Source: a virus
DNA length: 47,445 nucleotides
Strand: one strand, 5' to 3'
IMG/VR virus record: IMGVR_UViG_3300033074_001474
Location: 1-47,445 of that record
The notes beneath the pieces are model-generated. The model was given only the letters and a program-made list of their open reading frames with translations. It did no database searches and was not told the DNA's origin. Of the stretch, positions 7,570 through 16,049 are shown one piece after another. Made by a program: the position numbers and the translations under genes. Each line of letters begins with the position of its first letter. Position 1 is the first letter of the stretch.

Positions 7570-9500
7570 GTAGCATTTGCTCCGCCATCTACTGTTAAAG
7601 GAAGATTTTTATCTCCTACTGGGAGTTTGAATTTGGTAAACTCATATTCAATTCGTTTACATAATTCTTCAACACTATTGCCATCAATCTCCGTCAATAC
7701 AGAATCATGAATAAATCCTAAGGGAGTACATCCTTTAATTGCAGCTATGTCTGTTGCAGCTTGCTGACATAGATCGGAAGCTGATCCTTGAATGAGTCTA
7801 TTAAGACCCTTCATATAAACATCTTCTGGGTTATCAATCTTAAACGGCCGCCCGAAAAGATTGAATAATACTGCCCCGGATTCAAGTTCGGCATCCAGTT
7901 CTTGTTTGAACTTCCAAACTCCTGAATAATGCTCCCGTAGGTTGTACACAATATCTTTACACTGCTTTTCAGTTACATGTAGCCCTTGTGAAGTAGTTTC
8001 AGCTTGAACCCTCCGCCAACCGCTGCCATAAATACAGGATAATCCAACCGTTTTAGCAATAAACCTTAATATAGGATAAGCATCTTTAACCTCGGATTCT
8101 GTAATTCCTGGCTCCATAAAATTATGGAACATAGTAATAGTATTTAGGTTATGGAATGACTGTCCATTAAAAATTAAATCACACAGGGCTTTATCTTGAC
8201 TGAAGTAAGCTAGTATTACAGGCTCAATAGCGCCTAAGTCATAGGTTGCTATTAGTTTACCTGGTGAGGCTTTAAATAAGGGCTTAAGCGATTTAGGTGT
8301 TTGTTGAAGGTTCGGGTTGCTGCACGATAATCTACCAGTCCTCGTACCATCAAAATTAAACGTAGAATGAATTTTTCCTTTGTACTCTTCTTTTCTATAA
8401 GTTGGAAGAAATCCAGTTAAAATCTTTGAAGTCTCTCTGTACTCAAGCAGTGTTTTAATCTCGGGCTCAGACTTGGCAAGCCTCTCAAGGACTTCAGCTC
8501 CTGTGCTCTCTTCTCCGTAAAAGTTTCTAATATCAAGCTTTAAATAGTCTTTAAGAAGCCATTTCATCTGCACTGGAGAATCTAGATTAAATTTAAATTC
8601 GCTTTGAGCGTACGCTTTATCGTACAGATTTTTATATTTTAGTTGTAGGTTATCTACATCCTTTGGCTTTTTAGTAGGTTTTTGATAAGCCTTTTCAAAC
8701 ATCTCTTGATATTTCTTCTGAAGATTTAAAACTTCAATTCTTTCATACTCGTTAAAAGCCTCGCCCCACTGTCCATAGATTTTATTTTTGAGTTCCTGTT
8801 CCTTTTCTTTAAATTCACCTTCGAGCTTATTAAGCTTCTCAACATCAAAATTTATTCCAGTAACTTCGGCTTGCAATAAGGTTCTAGCCCAGGGCATTCC
8901 GTAATTGCAGTAGAAATCTAATTGAAATAACTTTTTAAGTCTTTGTCTTAAAAAAAGACGAAGCTGCGTGGTATACCGCACATCTAAAGTTACATACTCA
9001 TCTGAATCATGGTCTGCTGGATTTTCCCAAAAAGGCTGAACACCTAGAAAATACGGGGCCAAAGTTTTAAGAGAGTGTAGCCCTGCTGGTCTATGATTTA
9101 TTCCTGGGGGCAGTTCCTCATTTAGTCTTTTTCTGTCCTCTTCATAAACGCCTAGCCAATGCTCATCTATTTTATCCGTACACACATAGGCCATAAGCCT
9201 CGTGTCTTCCTCGTAAGCTGAGTATCCGTTAGCGGGGAGGGAACCTAAGTGGTGTGTTAAAACTCTAAAATCCCATTTGAAATTGTGGCCACAGAATAAA
9301 AATTCAGGATCATTCCAAATCTCTTTTTTGAAGGTTTCTAAATCTCTGTATATGATAACTTCATTACTTTCTCTAGATGCATTCTGAACACCAATGACTG
9401 TTATTTTATTTTTAAAGGGATTCAGAGCATCTTCTTTTTCAGAAGTTACACTTTGGGTCTCAATATCTATCGTAAGCAGGGTTTTATCAAAAACACTCAT
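7560..9500 (-). CDS. family A DNA polymerase with 3'-5' exonuclease domain
   Basis: Exo I: LTIDIETQS. Exo II: HNFKWDFRVL. RTGRLSCSNPNLQQTP. Motif A: YDLGAIEPVILAY. Motif B: RFIAKTVGLSCIYGSG. Motif C: FIHDSVL. Confidence 0.9.
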   Translation of the reverse strand: MSVFDKTLLTIDIETQSVTSEKEDALNPFKNKITVIGVQNASRESNEVIIYRDLETFKKEIWNDPEFLFCGHNFKWDFRVLTHHLGSLPANGYSAYEEDTRLMAYVCTDKIDEHWLGVYEEDRKRLNEELPPGINHRPAGLHSLKTLAPYFLGVQPFWENPADHDSDEYVTLDVRYTTQLRLFLRQRLKKLFQLDFYCNYGMPWARTLLQAEVTGINFDVEKLNKLEGEFKEKEQELKNKIYGQWGEAFNEYERIEVLNLQKKYQEMFEKAYQKPTKKPKDVDNLQLKYKNLYDKAYAQSEFKFNLDSPVQMKWLLKDYLKLDIRNFYGEESTGAEVLERLAKSEPEIKTLLEYRETSKILTGFLPTYRKEEYKGKIHSTFNFDGTRTGRLSCSNPNLQQTPKSLKPLFKASPGKLIATYDLGAIEPVILAYFSQDKALCDLIFNGQSFHNLNTITMFHNFMEPGITESEVKDAYPILRFIAKTVGLSCIYGSGWRRVQAETTSQGLHVTEKQCKDIVYNLREHYSGVWKFKQELDAELESGAVLFNLFGRPFKIDNPEDVYMKGLNRLIQGSASDLCQQAATDIAAIKGCTPLGFIHDSVLTEIDGNSVEELCKRIEYEFTKFKLPVGDKNLPLTVDGGANATWE

Positions 9501-10071
9501 TCATACCATCCGAGTCTACTAGTTTTAAATATTTTCTTATATGTTTTAAATCTACTGTATCAATAGTAAAGACTTTCCAGTCCTCTGTGGAGTCTTGAAA
9601 CAAGCCCTCACTCAAGACTTGAATATCTACCTTTAAATCTTCATCTCTAGTGTCTTTTCTTATTAAGACTATGTCGCCCTGCTTAAATTGCCTAGCCATA
9701 TTGATCAATTCTGAATCAAGGATATCCTCTTTAAATTTAAATTCTCCAAAACTTAAAGTAAAATCTTCTGTAACTTCATAAGTGTATATGTGTCTAAAAT
9801 CTGTTCCAAAGATTAAATGTAATTTCTCCTCTGGATTTAAGTCATATTTAATATTATTTTCCCAAACACTTGGCCTATCTATGAATAGCTTATATATCTT
9901 CATAAGCTCCGGTGAGGATCTATATGGGCTGAAGTACTTCGGATAACTTCTATTTAGCCAAGCTAGGTTTTGTAACTTGGTTATAGCTAGACTAAGCTGA
10001 GCCTTAGGAGTATTTAGGACATGTCTTTTAGCCTTCTTCATCAAAGAATTCCTTTTCAGCTTGCTCCTCAT
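9487..10071 (-). CDS. hypothetical protein, 194 aa
   Basis: ORF track. Confidence 0.6.
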   Translation of the reverse strand: MRSKLKRNSLMKKAKRHVLNTPKAQLSLAITKLQNLAWLNRSYPKYFSPYRSSPELMKIYKLFIDRPSVWENNIKYDLNPEEKLHLIFGTDFRHIYTYEVTEDFTLSFGEFKFKEDILDSELINMARQFKQGDIVLIRKDTRDEDLKVDIQVLSEGLFQDSTEDWKVFTIDTVDLKHIRKYLKLVDSDGMNECF

Positions 10072-10372
10072 CTTGAGCCTCTACTTCCTCTTTTAAGAAG
10101 AACATTAATAATCCTAAAATTACGCCCTTACCAAAATCAGAATTCAAATGCTCATAAATAAAGTCAGGTTGAAATTGGTTTTTAGTTAATAAATCTAAAA
10201 TCACAGATTCATCACTTCCAAAATACAACTCAAGTAAGTTGCCACACTGCCCTCTTTGATCTAAAATTGCTTGATATAGAGTTGTTGCTACTTCCTCCTT
10301 ATCAAAGACTTCATCTGCCCAGTAAGGCATAACACTTTTTTTATTTGGCTTTTTAAAATGAACAATTCCCAT
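10028..10372 (-). CDS. hypothetical acidic protein, 114 aa
   Basis: ORF track. Confidence 0.55.
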   Translation of the reverse strand: MGIVHFKKPNKKSVMPYWADEVFDKEEVATTLYQAILDQRGQCGNLLELYFGSDESVILDLLTKNQFQPDFIYEHLNSDFGKGVILGLLMFFLKEEVEAQDEEQAEKEFFDEEG

Positions 10373-10375
10373 TCA

Positions 10376-10945
10376 TTACTTCTTATTATTCTTTTTTATA
10401 TTACTCTTTAATAAAAACTTCTCAAACCCCGTAACACCTACTGCTATTGAATCTAATGCATCATACCTGTGAGCTTTAATTAAATCAAGTAATAGACTAT
10501 CCTCTGGAAAAAATGGAATTAATCCAAGAGCTACTTGCTCCTTATCTGATTTTCCACTTCCCCCAACAAAGGACTTAATCTGCATATTTGATACGTGCTC
10601 CATTTGCACGCCAGAAGGGATGACTGCCATGATTGCTCCAATAACTCTCTGTAAGCTCTCTCCGCCCTTACCTAACATCACCGTAGACTCTACGAACACC
10701 ACATAATTAAGCTTATTTTCATCAAGTTTTTTAAATTCTTTAACAAGCTGTATTACTAACCCCTTTATCCTAGTTCTAAGCTCTGGTGATGGCATAACCA
10801 TTTCTTTAGCGACTAAAACTTTTTGAGTATTTGGATCAAATACAGAGAATCCAAGTGCAGACCTTGAACCTGTTGATGGGTCAATCCCTACTACTAAGGG
10901 GAACTCTTTACTTTTGCTTTGCTTTTCGTTTTTCTTGTCTTGCAT
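10376..10945 (-). CDS. RuvC-like Holliday junction resolvase
   Basis: VVGIDPSTG (first Asp), VFVESTV (Glu), AHRYDALDSIAVG (C-terminal D-x-x-D). Confidence 0.65.
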   Translation of the reverse strand: MQDKKNEKQSKSKEFPLVVGIDPSTGSRSALGFSVFDPNTQKVLVAKEMVMPSPELRTRIKGLVIQLVKEFKKLDENKLNYVVFVESTVMLGKGGESLQRVIGAIMAVIPSGVQMEHVSNMQIKSFVGGSGKSDKEQVALGLIPFFPEDSLLLDLIKAHRYDALDSIAVGVTGFEKFLLKSNIKKNNKK

Positions 10946-11264
10946 TTAAAAATTCCTGTAGTGAAGTGTTCTGAAATAATTTTATTAAATAGGCGCCTAG
11001 GACGTCACACCTATTCTCTTCATTCAGCCTGTGGGTTTCAGCCTCCATATAATGGATTAGTTCGTGAAAAAATGTGTGAAGCAATCTTTCTTGTGGAAGC
11101 TCTGCGGCCAAGAATATAGTATTCTTAACCTCATCATAAAACCCATTATATCCCTCCCCTTCCTTGAGGAGGTTTTTATATTTCTTATTTAAAGATTTCT
11201 CCGGCAAAATTTTTATTTTCAATTGATGAAAAACTCCGGGAATATAATAAGTTTTTGTACGCAT
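10908..11264 (-). CDS. HExxH metallopeptidase-like protein
   Basis: LHTFFHELIHYMEAE. The start is uncertain (11282 or 11264). Either start overlaps the upstream SLT gene by 80-98 nt. Confidence 0.45.
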   Translation of the reverse strand: MRTKTYYIPGVFHQLKIKILPEKSLNKKYKNLLKEGEGYNGFYDEVKNTIFLAAELPQERLLHTFFHELIHYMEAETHRLNEENRCDVLGAYLIKLFQNTSLQEFLNARQEKRKAKQK

Positions 11265-11655
11265 TTTGCACCTTCGTCTCATACCGAGTTATCTTATAAT
11301 TTAGTTTCTTAGCTCTTGTAGGACCCATGTTCCAACATTGAAGAAACTTCTTACCACACTGAACCTTTAGCTTTTGCAGATACTTAATAGCTGCTAGAGT
11401 CTGCTGTTTAACCGATGCATTAAGACTTATCGAATGAAACTCTGGTCTAAGCTGAAAAAGTCCTATTTCACCTATTTTCCCTATAGCCTTTGGATTTAAG
11501 TTGCTTTCAATAAAAGCTATAGACTGTAATAAAATGGGATCTTCTCCATGATCCCGTGCTATTACTCCTATGCTCTCTTTAATATCTTCCTTTAAATTTC
11601 CTGCTAAGCTTGTATTAGTCCAAAGAATAAGTGTTATTGCTAGTACCTTTTCCAT
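11185..11655 (-). CDS. lytic transglycosylase (SLT domain) with signal peptide
   Basis: IAFIESNLNPKAIGKIGEIGLFQL (catalytic E-S and GLxQ motifs). N-terminal hydrophobic leader. Confidence 0.75.
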   Translation of the reverse strand: MEKVLAITLILWTNTSLAGNLKEDIKESIGVIARDHGEDPILLQSIAFIESNLNPKAIGKIGEIGLFQLRPEFHSISLNASVKQQTLAAIKYLQKLKVQCGKKFLQCWNMGPTRAKKLNYKITRYETKVQNAYKNLLYSRSFSSIENKNFAGEIFK

Positions 11656-11658
11656 AAA

Positions 11659-12192
11659 TTAATACTTTGTTATAGGATATTCAATTTGATTAAATTGGTT
11701 AATCCTAAATGTACATTTTTGTTTGTCAGTAGTTTGATAAGTAGTATTTGGTTGAAGAATAGTTAAGAACCTGCGCCCGCCGCCATCTTCAAAAAATGCT
11801 ACCAATCTACCACTTTCAGTTTCGCCTTCATCAAGTCTGATAAGAACTTCGTCGTAGTGGCCTGGGAAGTCGTCACATGGGTCAATCAAGCTAATGCCTT
11901 TTTTAAGGGTTGCATAATAAGTAAGCTGCGCTTGCATTGCATTTATTTCAAGTTGAAGATCTTCATTATTCTTGTTAATCTCTGTAGTAATTTCAGCAGC
12001 AACTTCAAACAATAATTTTTCATTATCGTCAATTCTTGCATCTTGCTGACGGTCTTTATAACCAAAAACTAAATCGCATCCTGCTTCGAGAAATGAGCCC
12101 CTACACGCTGAGTTTAGGCCATCTGTTACACCACAACCTGTCTGTAATAAAGCCGAAGCTGCTAGTAAACTACCTATTATTAAATTTCTCAT
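11659..12192 (-). CDS. lipoprotein, 177 aa
   Basis: Signal plus lipobox: SLLAASALLQTGCG. Confidence 0.7.
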   Translation of the reverse strand: MRNLIIGSLLAASALLQTGCGVTDGLNSACRGSFLEAGCDLVFGYKDRQQDARIDDNEKLLFEVAAEITTEINKNNEDLQLEINAMQAQLTYYATLKKGISLIDPCDDFPGHYDEVLIRLDEGETESGRLVAFFEDGGGRRFLTILQPNTTYQTTDKQKCTFRINQFNQIEYPITKY

Positions 12193-12499
12193 TTAGAAGT
12201 CCTCCTGTTATTATTCCTATTAGGAATGTTGTTATAGGTCTAGAATACCAAGGAGGTTCTTGAAGTGCAAGAATTTCTTTTTGTTGTGCACCAACTTGAG
12301 ACAATAAATCATTATTTGTCGTATCTAGAAACTGGATTAGTTCTTGTTGTCTCTTTATAATATTATCAGCCTTATTAATAGTGTCTTGGCATGAGACTTT
12401 TAACTCCTCACATAGGCTTGCAGCCTTAACTTGCTGGGGTATCATCTCCATTATCGATACGCTTAATAATATCAAGAGTTTCATTTTTAGATTGTTCAT
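12170..12499 (-). CDS. secreted/membrane coiled-coil protein, 109 aa
   Basis: N-terminal signal-like segment, central coiled coil, C-terminal hydrophobic TTFLIGIITGGLL. Overlaps the upstream ORF. Confidence 0.5.
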   Translation of the reverse strand: MNNLKMKLLILLSVSIMEMIPQQVKAASLCEELKVSCQDTINKADNIIKRQQELIQFLDTTNNDLLSQVGAQQKEILALQEPPWYSRPITTFLIGIITGGLLNEKFNNR

Positions 12500-12704
12500 A
12501 GCTTGATTTCTCCTCTGCTATTTTATCTGTGTACTTAACTACTTGTTCACGAATTTCTTTTCTTCTTCTGGCAATCTCCATATCAATGAGCTTGCTTTCT
12601 GCTCGCTGAGCCCTAGTTTTATAAAAGACGAAGCTGCTGATACCCCCGATGATTAATAGAAGATTTATTAGTGCGTTGAAATCATTCCCCATTTTGGGCC
12701 CCAA
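12426..12704 (-). CDS. N-terminal-anchor membrane protein with coiled coil (holin / i-spanin-like architecture)
   Basis: LINLLLIIGGISSFVFY TM segment, then a charged coiled coil. Confidence 0.5.
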   Translation of the reverse strand: MGPKMGNDFNALINLLLIIGGISSFVFYKTRAQRAESKLIDMEIARRRKEIREQVVKYTDKIAEEKSSYEQSKNETLDIIKRIDNGDDTPAS

Positions 12705-13017
12705 TTTCTTCTTGAATTTTGTGGTTGTCTACTAATACATATCCTGATTGTATTCCCTTTTCTAATTCCACTGGTGCATAGTTGAGCATGTAGAGGCCTA
12801 CAGCATATTCAAACTGATCTGATTTATTTTTTCCAAATTCTATAATCTCTTTTTTAAAGTTTTTTTCAACATTTTTTCTTAGTTTAGCGTAATCTTTCTT
12901 ATTCATAAAGACTTGAGAAGGAAATGCTAATTTCATCTCATCACTCACTGCTCCTACTGCTCTTAATAAAGCTACTGGATCACTCATCATTTTTTTGTTT
13001 AGTTTAAACGCTTTCAT
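12682..13017 (-). CDS. hypothetical protein (start taken at MKAFKLNKK)
   Basis: ORF track 12682..13077. The internal ATG at 13017 reduces the overlap with the upstream ORF to 14 nt. Confidence 0.5.
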   Translation of the reverse strand: MKAFKLNKKMMSDPVALLRAVGAVSDEMKLAFPSQVFMNKKDYAKLRKNVEKNFKKEIIEFGKNKSDQFEYAVGLYMLNYAPVELEKGIQSGYVLVDNHKIQEEIGAQNGE

Positions 13018-13189
13018 TTTCGTCCTCTTTATCCCAGTCAAATTTACCCTTTTTATTGCAGGGAATTGGAAATCCACTTGAAAGTAAAAAATCTAGTGCT
13101 AAATTACACTCTTCATCTGAAGCTATATAATCTGAATCCAATAAATAAATAGCCTCTTGAATAACTGCTATTGCTTCACTTCGTTTCAT
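13004..13189 (-). CDS. hypothetical protein, 61 aa
   Basis: ORF track. Confidence 0.5.
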   Translation of the reverse strand: MKRSEAIAVIQEAIYLLDSDYIASDEECNLALDFLLSSGFPIPCNKKGKFDWDKEDENESV

Positions 13190-13500
13190 TGGAATAAGTC
13201 TCCCTTAATATTCAAATGCATTCCAAAACCACCCATGTTTCCATCACCAATTGGAAGTGCTTTTTTATTATAGCGATTTGCTATAAATGCTACATAGCCC
13301 ACTCGATAACTATCCAGAGTTTCATAATCCACTCTAGCTAGTATATGAGGAATCTTGCAGTCTCTTAAGGTTTTCTTCAAGTCTTCAAGAAGAATCCTAG
13401 GAACTGGATCACACCAAGTATTTGCTGGTACTAATTCAATCTGTTCATCAGTCGTAGCCTCTAACACTCTTACTTCTAAAAATTTCTCTATTGTATTCAT
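13186..13500 (-). CDS. hypothetical protein, 104 aa
   Basis: ORF track. 4-nt overlaps. Confidence 0.6.
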   Translation of the reverse strand: MNTIEKFLEVRVLEATTDEQIELVPANTWCDPVPRILLEDLKKTLRDCKIPHILARVDYETLDSYRVGYVAFIANRYNKKALPIGDGNMGGFGMHLNIKGDLFQ

Positions 13501-13706
13501 TTCTTTTTTCCTTTAAAAATACCTACAAAATCTCTTTTATTATCATATCTAATTTTAAATCCTGATTTCTTTAAAGCCTTATTAAACTTATATATTGTGG
13601 CTTGAGACCTCTCTAAATAAAAAACATAACTTAATGGCCAAGGTTTGAAATTCTTCTTGTTAAAATGATTCCTAATATCCCTTAAAGTTAGTTTTAATTG
13701 TTTCAT
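13497..13706 (-). CDS. hypothetical basic protein, 69 aa
   Basis: ORF track. Confidence 0.55.
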   Translation of the reverse strand: MKQLKLTLRDIRNHFNKKNFKPWPLSYVFYLERSQATIYKFNKALKKSGFKIRYDNKRDFVGIFKGKKK

Positions 13707-14284
13707 TATTTTGTTCCTCTAACTGGTGTACTTAATGTTTTTTCTATAGACCAATTATATCTACTGAGTCTTTTGTCTATAGTAGACTGCTTTAATCCTG
13801 TAATTTCACTCCATTCAGCTTGGGTTTTTTCTGTTCCCTTATAAGTTAGTTTCTTATTGTATTTTCCTCTATTCCTGTTCTGTTCCTTCTTTGTAGCCCA
13901 TCTACAGTTATCTTTGCTATAGCCTTTATTATTATCTATTCTATCTATAGAGCATTCTTTAGATGGCCTTGGCCCCATATCCTTATAAAAAGTTTCAAAG
14001 CTGTTTTTCCATTCATCACAGACAGTTATTCCTCTAGCTCCATAGTTTTCGTATCCACTTACTCTAGGATCTTGACATCTTCTTCTTATATCTATCCATA
14101 TTCTGTATTCTGTACTTTTTGTTCTTCTATGTTTACTCTTTAAGCAGCCACAAGATTTTTGTATTTTATTTTTTATTCTTGAAGCAATACATGTAAAAAC
14201 CTTACCGCAAAAACACTCATATAAACCGTACCTTTTTAATTTATGCTTTTTATAAAATGGTGATAAGCAAACAAGGTTCTTCAT
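13706..14284 (-). CDS. HNH_3-like (degenerate, D-R) homing-endonuclease-like protein, paralog of 7015..7569
   Basis: YRIWIDIRRRCQD...YGARGITVCDEW...SIDRIDNNKGYSKDNCRWATKKEQNRN. N-terminal Cys pairs. Confidence 0.6.
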   Translation of the reverse strand: MKNLVCLSPFYKKHKLKRYGLYECFCGKVFTCIASRIKNKIQKSCGCLKSKHRRTKSTEYRIWIDIRRRCQDPRVSGYENYGARGITVCDEWKNSFETFYKDMGPRPSKECSIDRIDNNKGYSKDNCRWATKKEQNRNRGKYNKKLTYKGTEKTQAEWSEITGLKQSTIDKRLSRYNWSIEKTLSTPVRGTK

Positions 14285-14727
14285 GGGGACCTTCTGTTTG
14301 GATTATAACTATTAAACCATTTATCTCCACCAATGTCTAGGTGGACCCAGGCTACATCTATTTCGCCTCTATATGGCCAAATATCTTTTCTTTGTTGAAG
14401 ATCCCTTTTTATGTACTCAACTCCTAATCCTGGGATTAAAAAGTCAACAGCAGCTCCCGACTTATGGAAAGAAAACGGCGCCCCGCCGATCATCTTGTTA
14501 TAAGCGTCTGGTCTTAGCCAGCTAGTGATCTGTATAGGCTTTCCATAGTGATCTCTCACCCTATCCAGGGCCCCGGCAAGTTTCATGATGTTCATCTGTT
14601 GATCCAGAGATGGGTTTGCGTAAGCGTTAACTTTTGGTAAAAGTAAAGCTTCAGCCCAGGTGAAGTACTTACTTCCTGGAATCTTGCTGTATAACTTGTC
14701 CCAAGTAAAGATATTAGCTGAACTCAT
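14281..14727 (-). CDS. peptidase M15A-family cell-wall hydrolase (endolysin candidate)
   Basis: SWLRPDAYNKMIGGAPFSFHKSGAAVDF and VHLD (zinc-ligand H/D/H pattern). Confidence 0.7.
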   Translation of the reverse strand: MSSANIFTWDKLYSKIPGSKYFTWAEALLLPKVNAYANPSLDQQMNIMKLAGALDRVRDHYGKPIQITSWLRPDAYNKMIGGAPFSFHKSGAAVDFLIPGLGVEYIKRDLQQRKDIWPYRGEIDVAWVHLDIGGDKWFNSYNPNRRSP

Positions 14728-15014
14728 TTATCCAAAACCCCAATTAAATCACAGTCAAATTGACTTGCTGTTTTTAATCCTTCAAATGTAATATAGTTTT
14801 TTCTTTTATATATAACATTTTCAACTACTGCTCCGAACTTACCAACAATCTCTATCTTAAACCAATTATTACCAACAACATAGCATTCCCCAATTTCATG
14901 CTTGGGCTTTTCTGGTGGCGTTTGTGATTTAAATAATCTGAATCCTACAACCAAGATAAGACTTAATACTGCACCTAAACTTATTCCAAACACTATTTTA
15001 TCTACTCTATCCAT
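14724..15014 (-). CDS. single-pass membrane protein, 96 aa (holin candidate by position)
   Basis: FGISLGAVLSLILVVGF TM segment. Immediately upstream of the M15 peptidase. Confidence 0.45.
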   Translation of the reverse strand: MDRVDKIVFGISLGAVLSLILVVGFRLFKSQTPPEKPKHEIGECYVVGNNWFKIEIVGKFGAVVENVIYKRKNYITFEGLKTASQFDCDLIGVLDK

Positions 15015-15016
15015 CT

Positions 15017-15100
15017 TTAGCCCCTATCGTCCTCTTGTATTGCACATAAGAAATATCCAATTACAAAACCTAAAAACATTCCAAATAAAAGCCAGCCCAT
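15017..15100 (-). CDS. 27-aa hydrophobic mini-protein (MGWLLFGMFLGFVIGYFLCAIQEDDRG)
   Basis: ATG 2 nt after the protease stop; its own stop is 2 nt before the next ATG. Below the ORF-track cutoff. Confidence 0.3.
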   Translation of the reverse strand: MGWLLFGMFLGFVIGYFLCAIQEDDRG

Positions 15101-15102
15101 AA

Positions 15103-15954
15103 TCAATTTCCTAAGCTTACATTGTTTTTCTTAAGAAACTGGATTATAGACGAAGCTGGTACCATATATCCTTGTGCTGGGTATGGGATAGCATATTCTT
15201 TAGCAAAGATGATTCCAGCTAATGACAAGGTTCCGTCGTTTAATGAGTAAACGCCGCCGCCTGAATCTCCATAGTTTATTAAACTTGAAAGCTTGTACAT
15301 AGGCCCTGCAAACTGTTCCGCGTATGGTGGCTCTCCTTCTTGTAGTTTTGGGTAGTTGATTGAGTTATGATTCATTGTGGAGCGTTCTAAAACCTGCGCC
15401 CTACGCTCTTGGAACATAAAGAAACTACTCATTTCTCCTCTTGCATTTGTTTGAGGATTTGCATAAGAGTAAGCAGCTCCAATTAAGGTATCTGTAACTT
15501 GTGGGTCTGGATCTAAGATATTCAAGATTGGGAGATATTTAAGGTGAATTTTGTTTACCTTTAACAGGCAGAGGTCTTTCATGTTATCAACAACTTGTGA
15601 ATCTATTTTATATTCATCTCCATATGTATCTTGAATTAGAAAATAAATGTGTGGTATTTCGTTTTCTTTCTTCATTCCTTGGCATATGTGATGGTTCGTC
15701 AGTACCAAGCCTTTGGCGACATAAATGCCATTTCCTGTATAATAATTTCTTTTTAAGTTTTCCTCAGTTATTGATTCATCTGATCGAACTATAATCCGAA
15801 TAGCTCTGGCCTCCATTTGCTCCCTTGGAGATTGAGAGAATACTGGAGTTGATGCAAAGCCTCTTGTTAAGGCTGCCTCTCCTAATATTACACCTAAACT
15901 AAAAAAGGTTATAAATATTAGCGCTAGAACTAGTACTGTGAATATTTTTTTCAT
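15103..15954 (-). CDS. secreted trypsin-like (S1) serine protease
   Basis: Triad context: LTNHHIC (His), DLCLLKV (Asp), GDSGGGVY (Ser). N-terminal hydrophobic signal/anchor. Confidence 0.7.
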   Translation of the reverse strand: MKKIFTVLVLALIFITFFSLGVILGEAALTRGFASTPVFSQSPREQMEARAIRIIVRSDESITEENLKRNYYTGNGIYVAKGLVLTNHHICQGMKKENEIPHIYFLIQDTYGDEYKIDSQVVDNMKDLCLLKVNKIHLKYLPILNILDPDPQVTDTLIGAAYSYANPQTNARGEMSSFFMFQERRAQVLERSTMNHNSINYPKLQEGEPPYAEQFAGPMYKLSSLINYGDSGGGVYSLNDGTLSLAGIIFAKEYAIPYPAQGYMVPASSIIQFLKKNNVSLGN

Positions 15955-16049
15955 CCTTGAATTCTCCCTTTATTAATCTTATATGGTAAGAAAGTTTATT
16001 AAGACCATTAATAAGCTGTTTCATATTAAGACGAAGCTGCTTGATGTCC

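Noticed and set aside
11185-11282. 80-98-nt overlap between the SLT gene's 3' end and the HExxH ORF's 5' end, as a possible frameshift or fusion.
   Set aside because: No slippery sequence was seen. Both frames give plausible, unrelated proteins. It is noted as an unusually long overlap or a possible sequencing indel, but there is no positive evidence for recoding.
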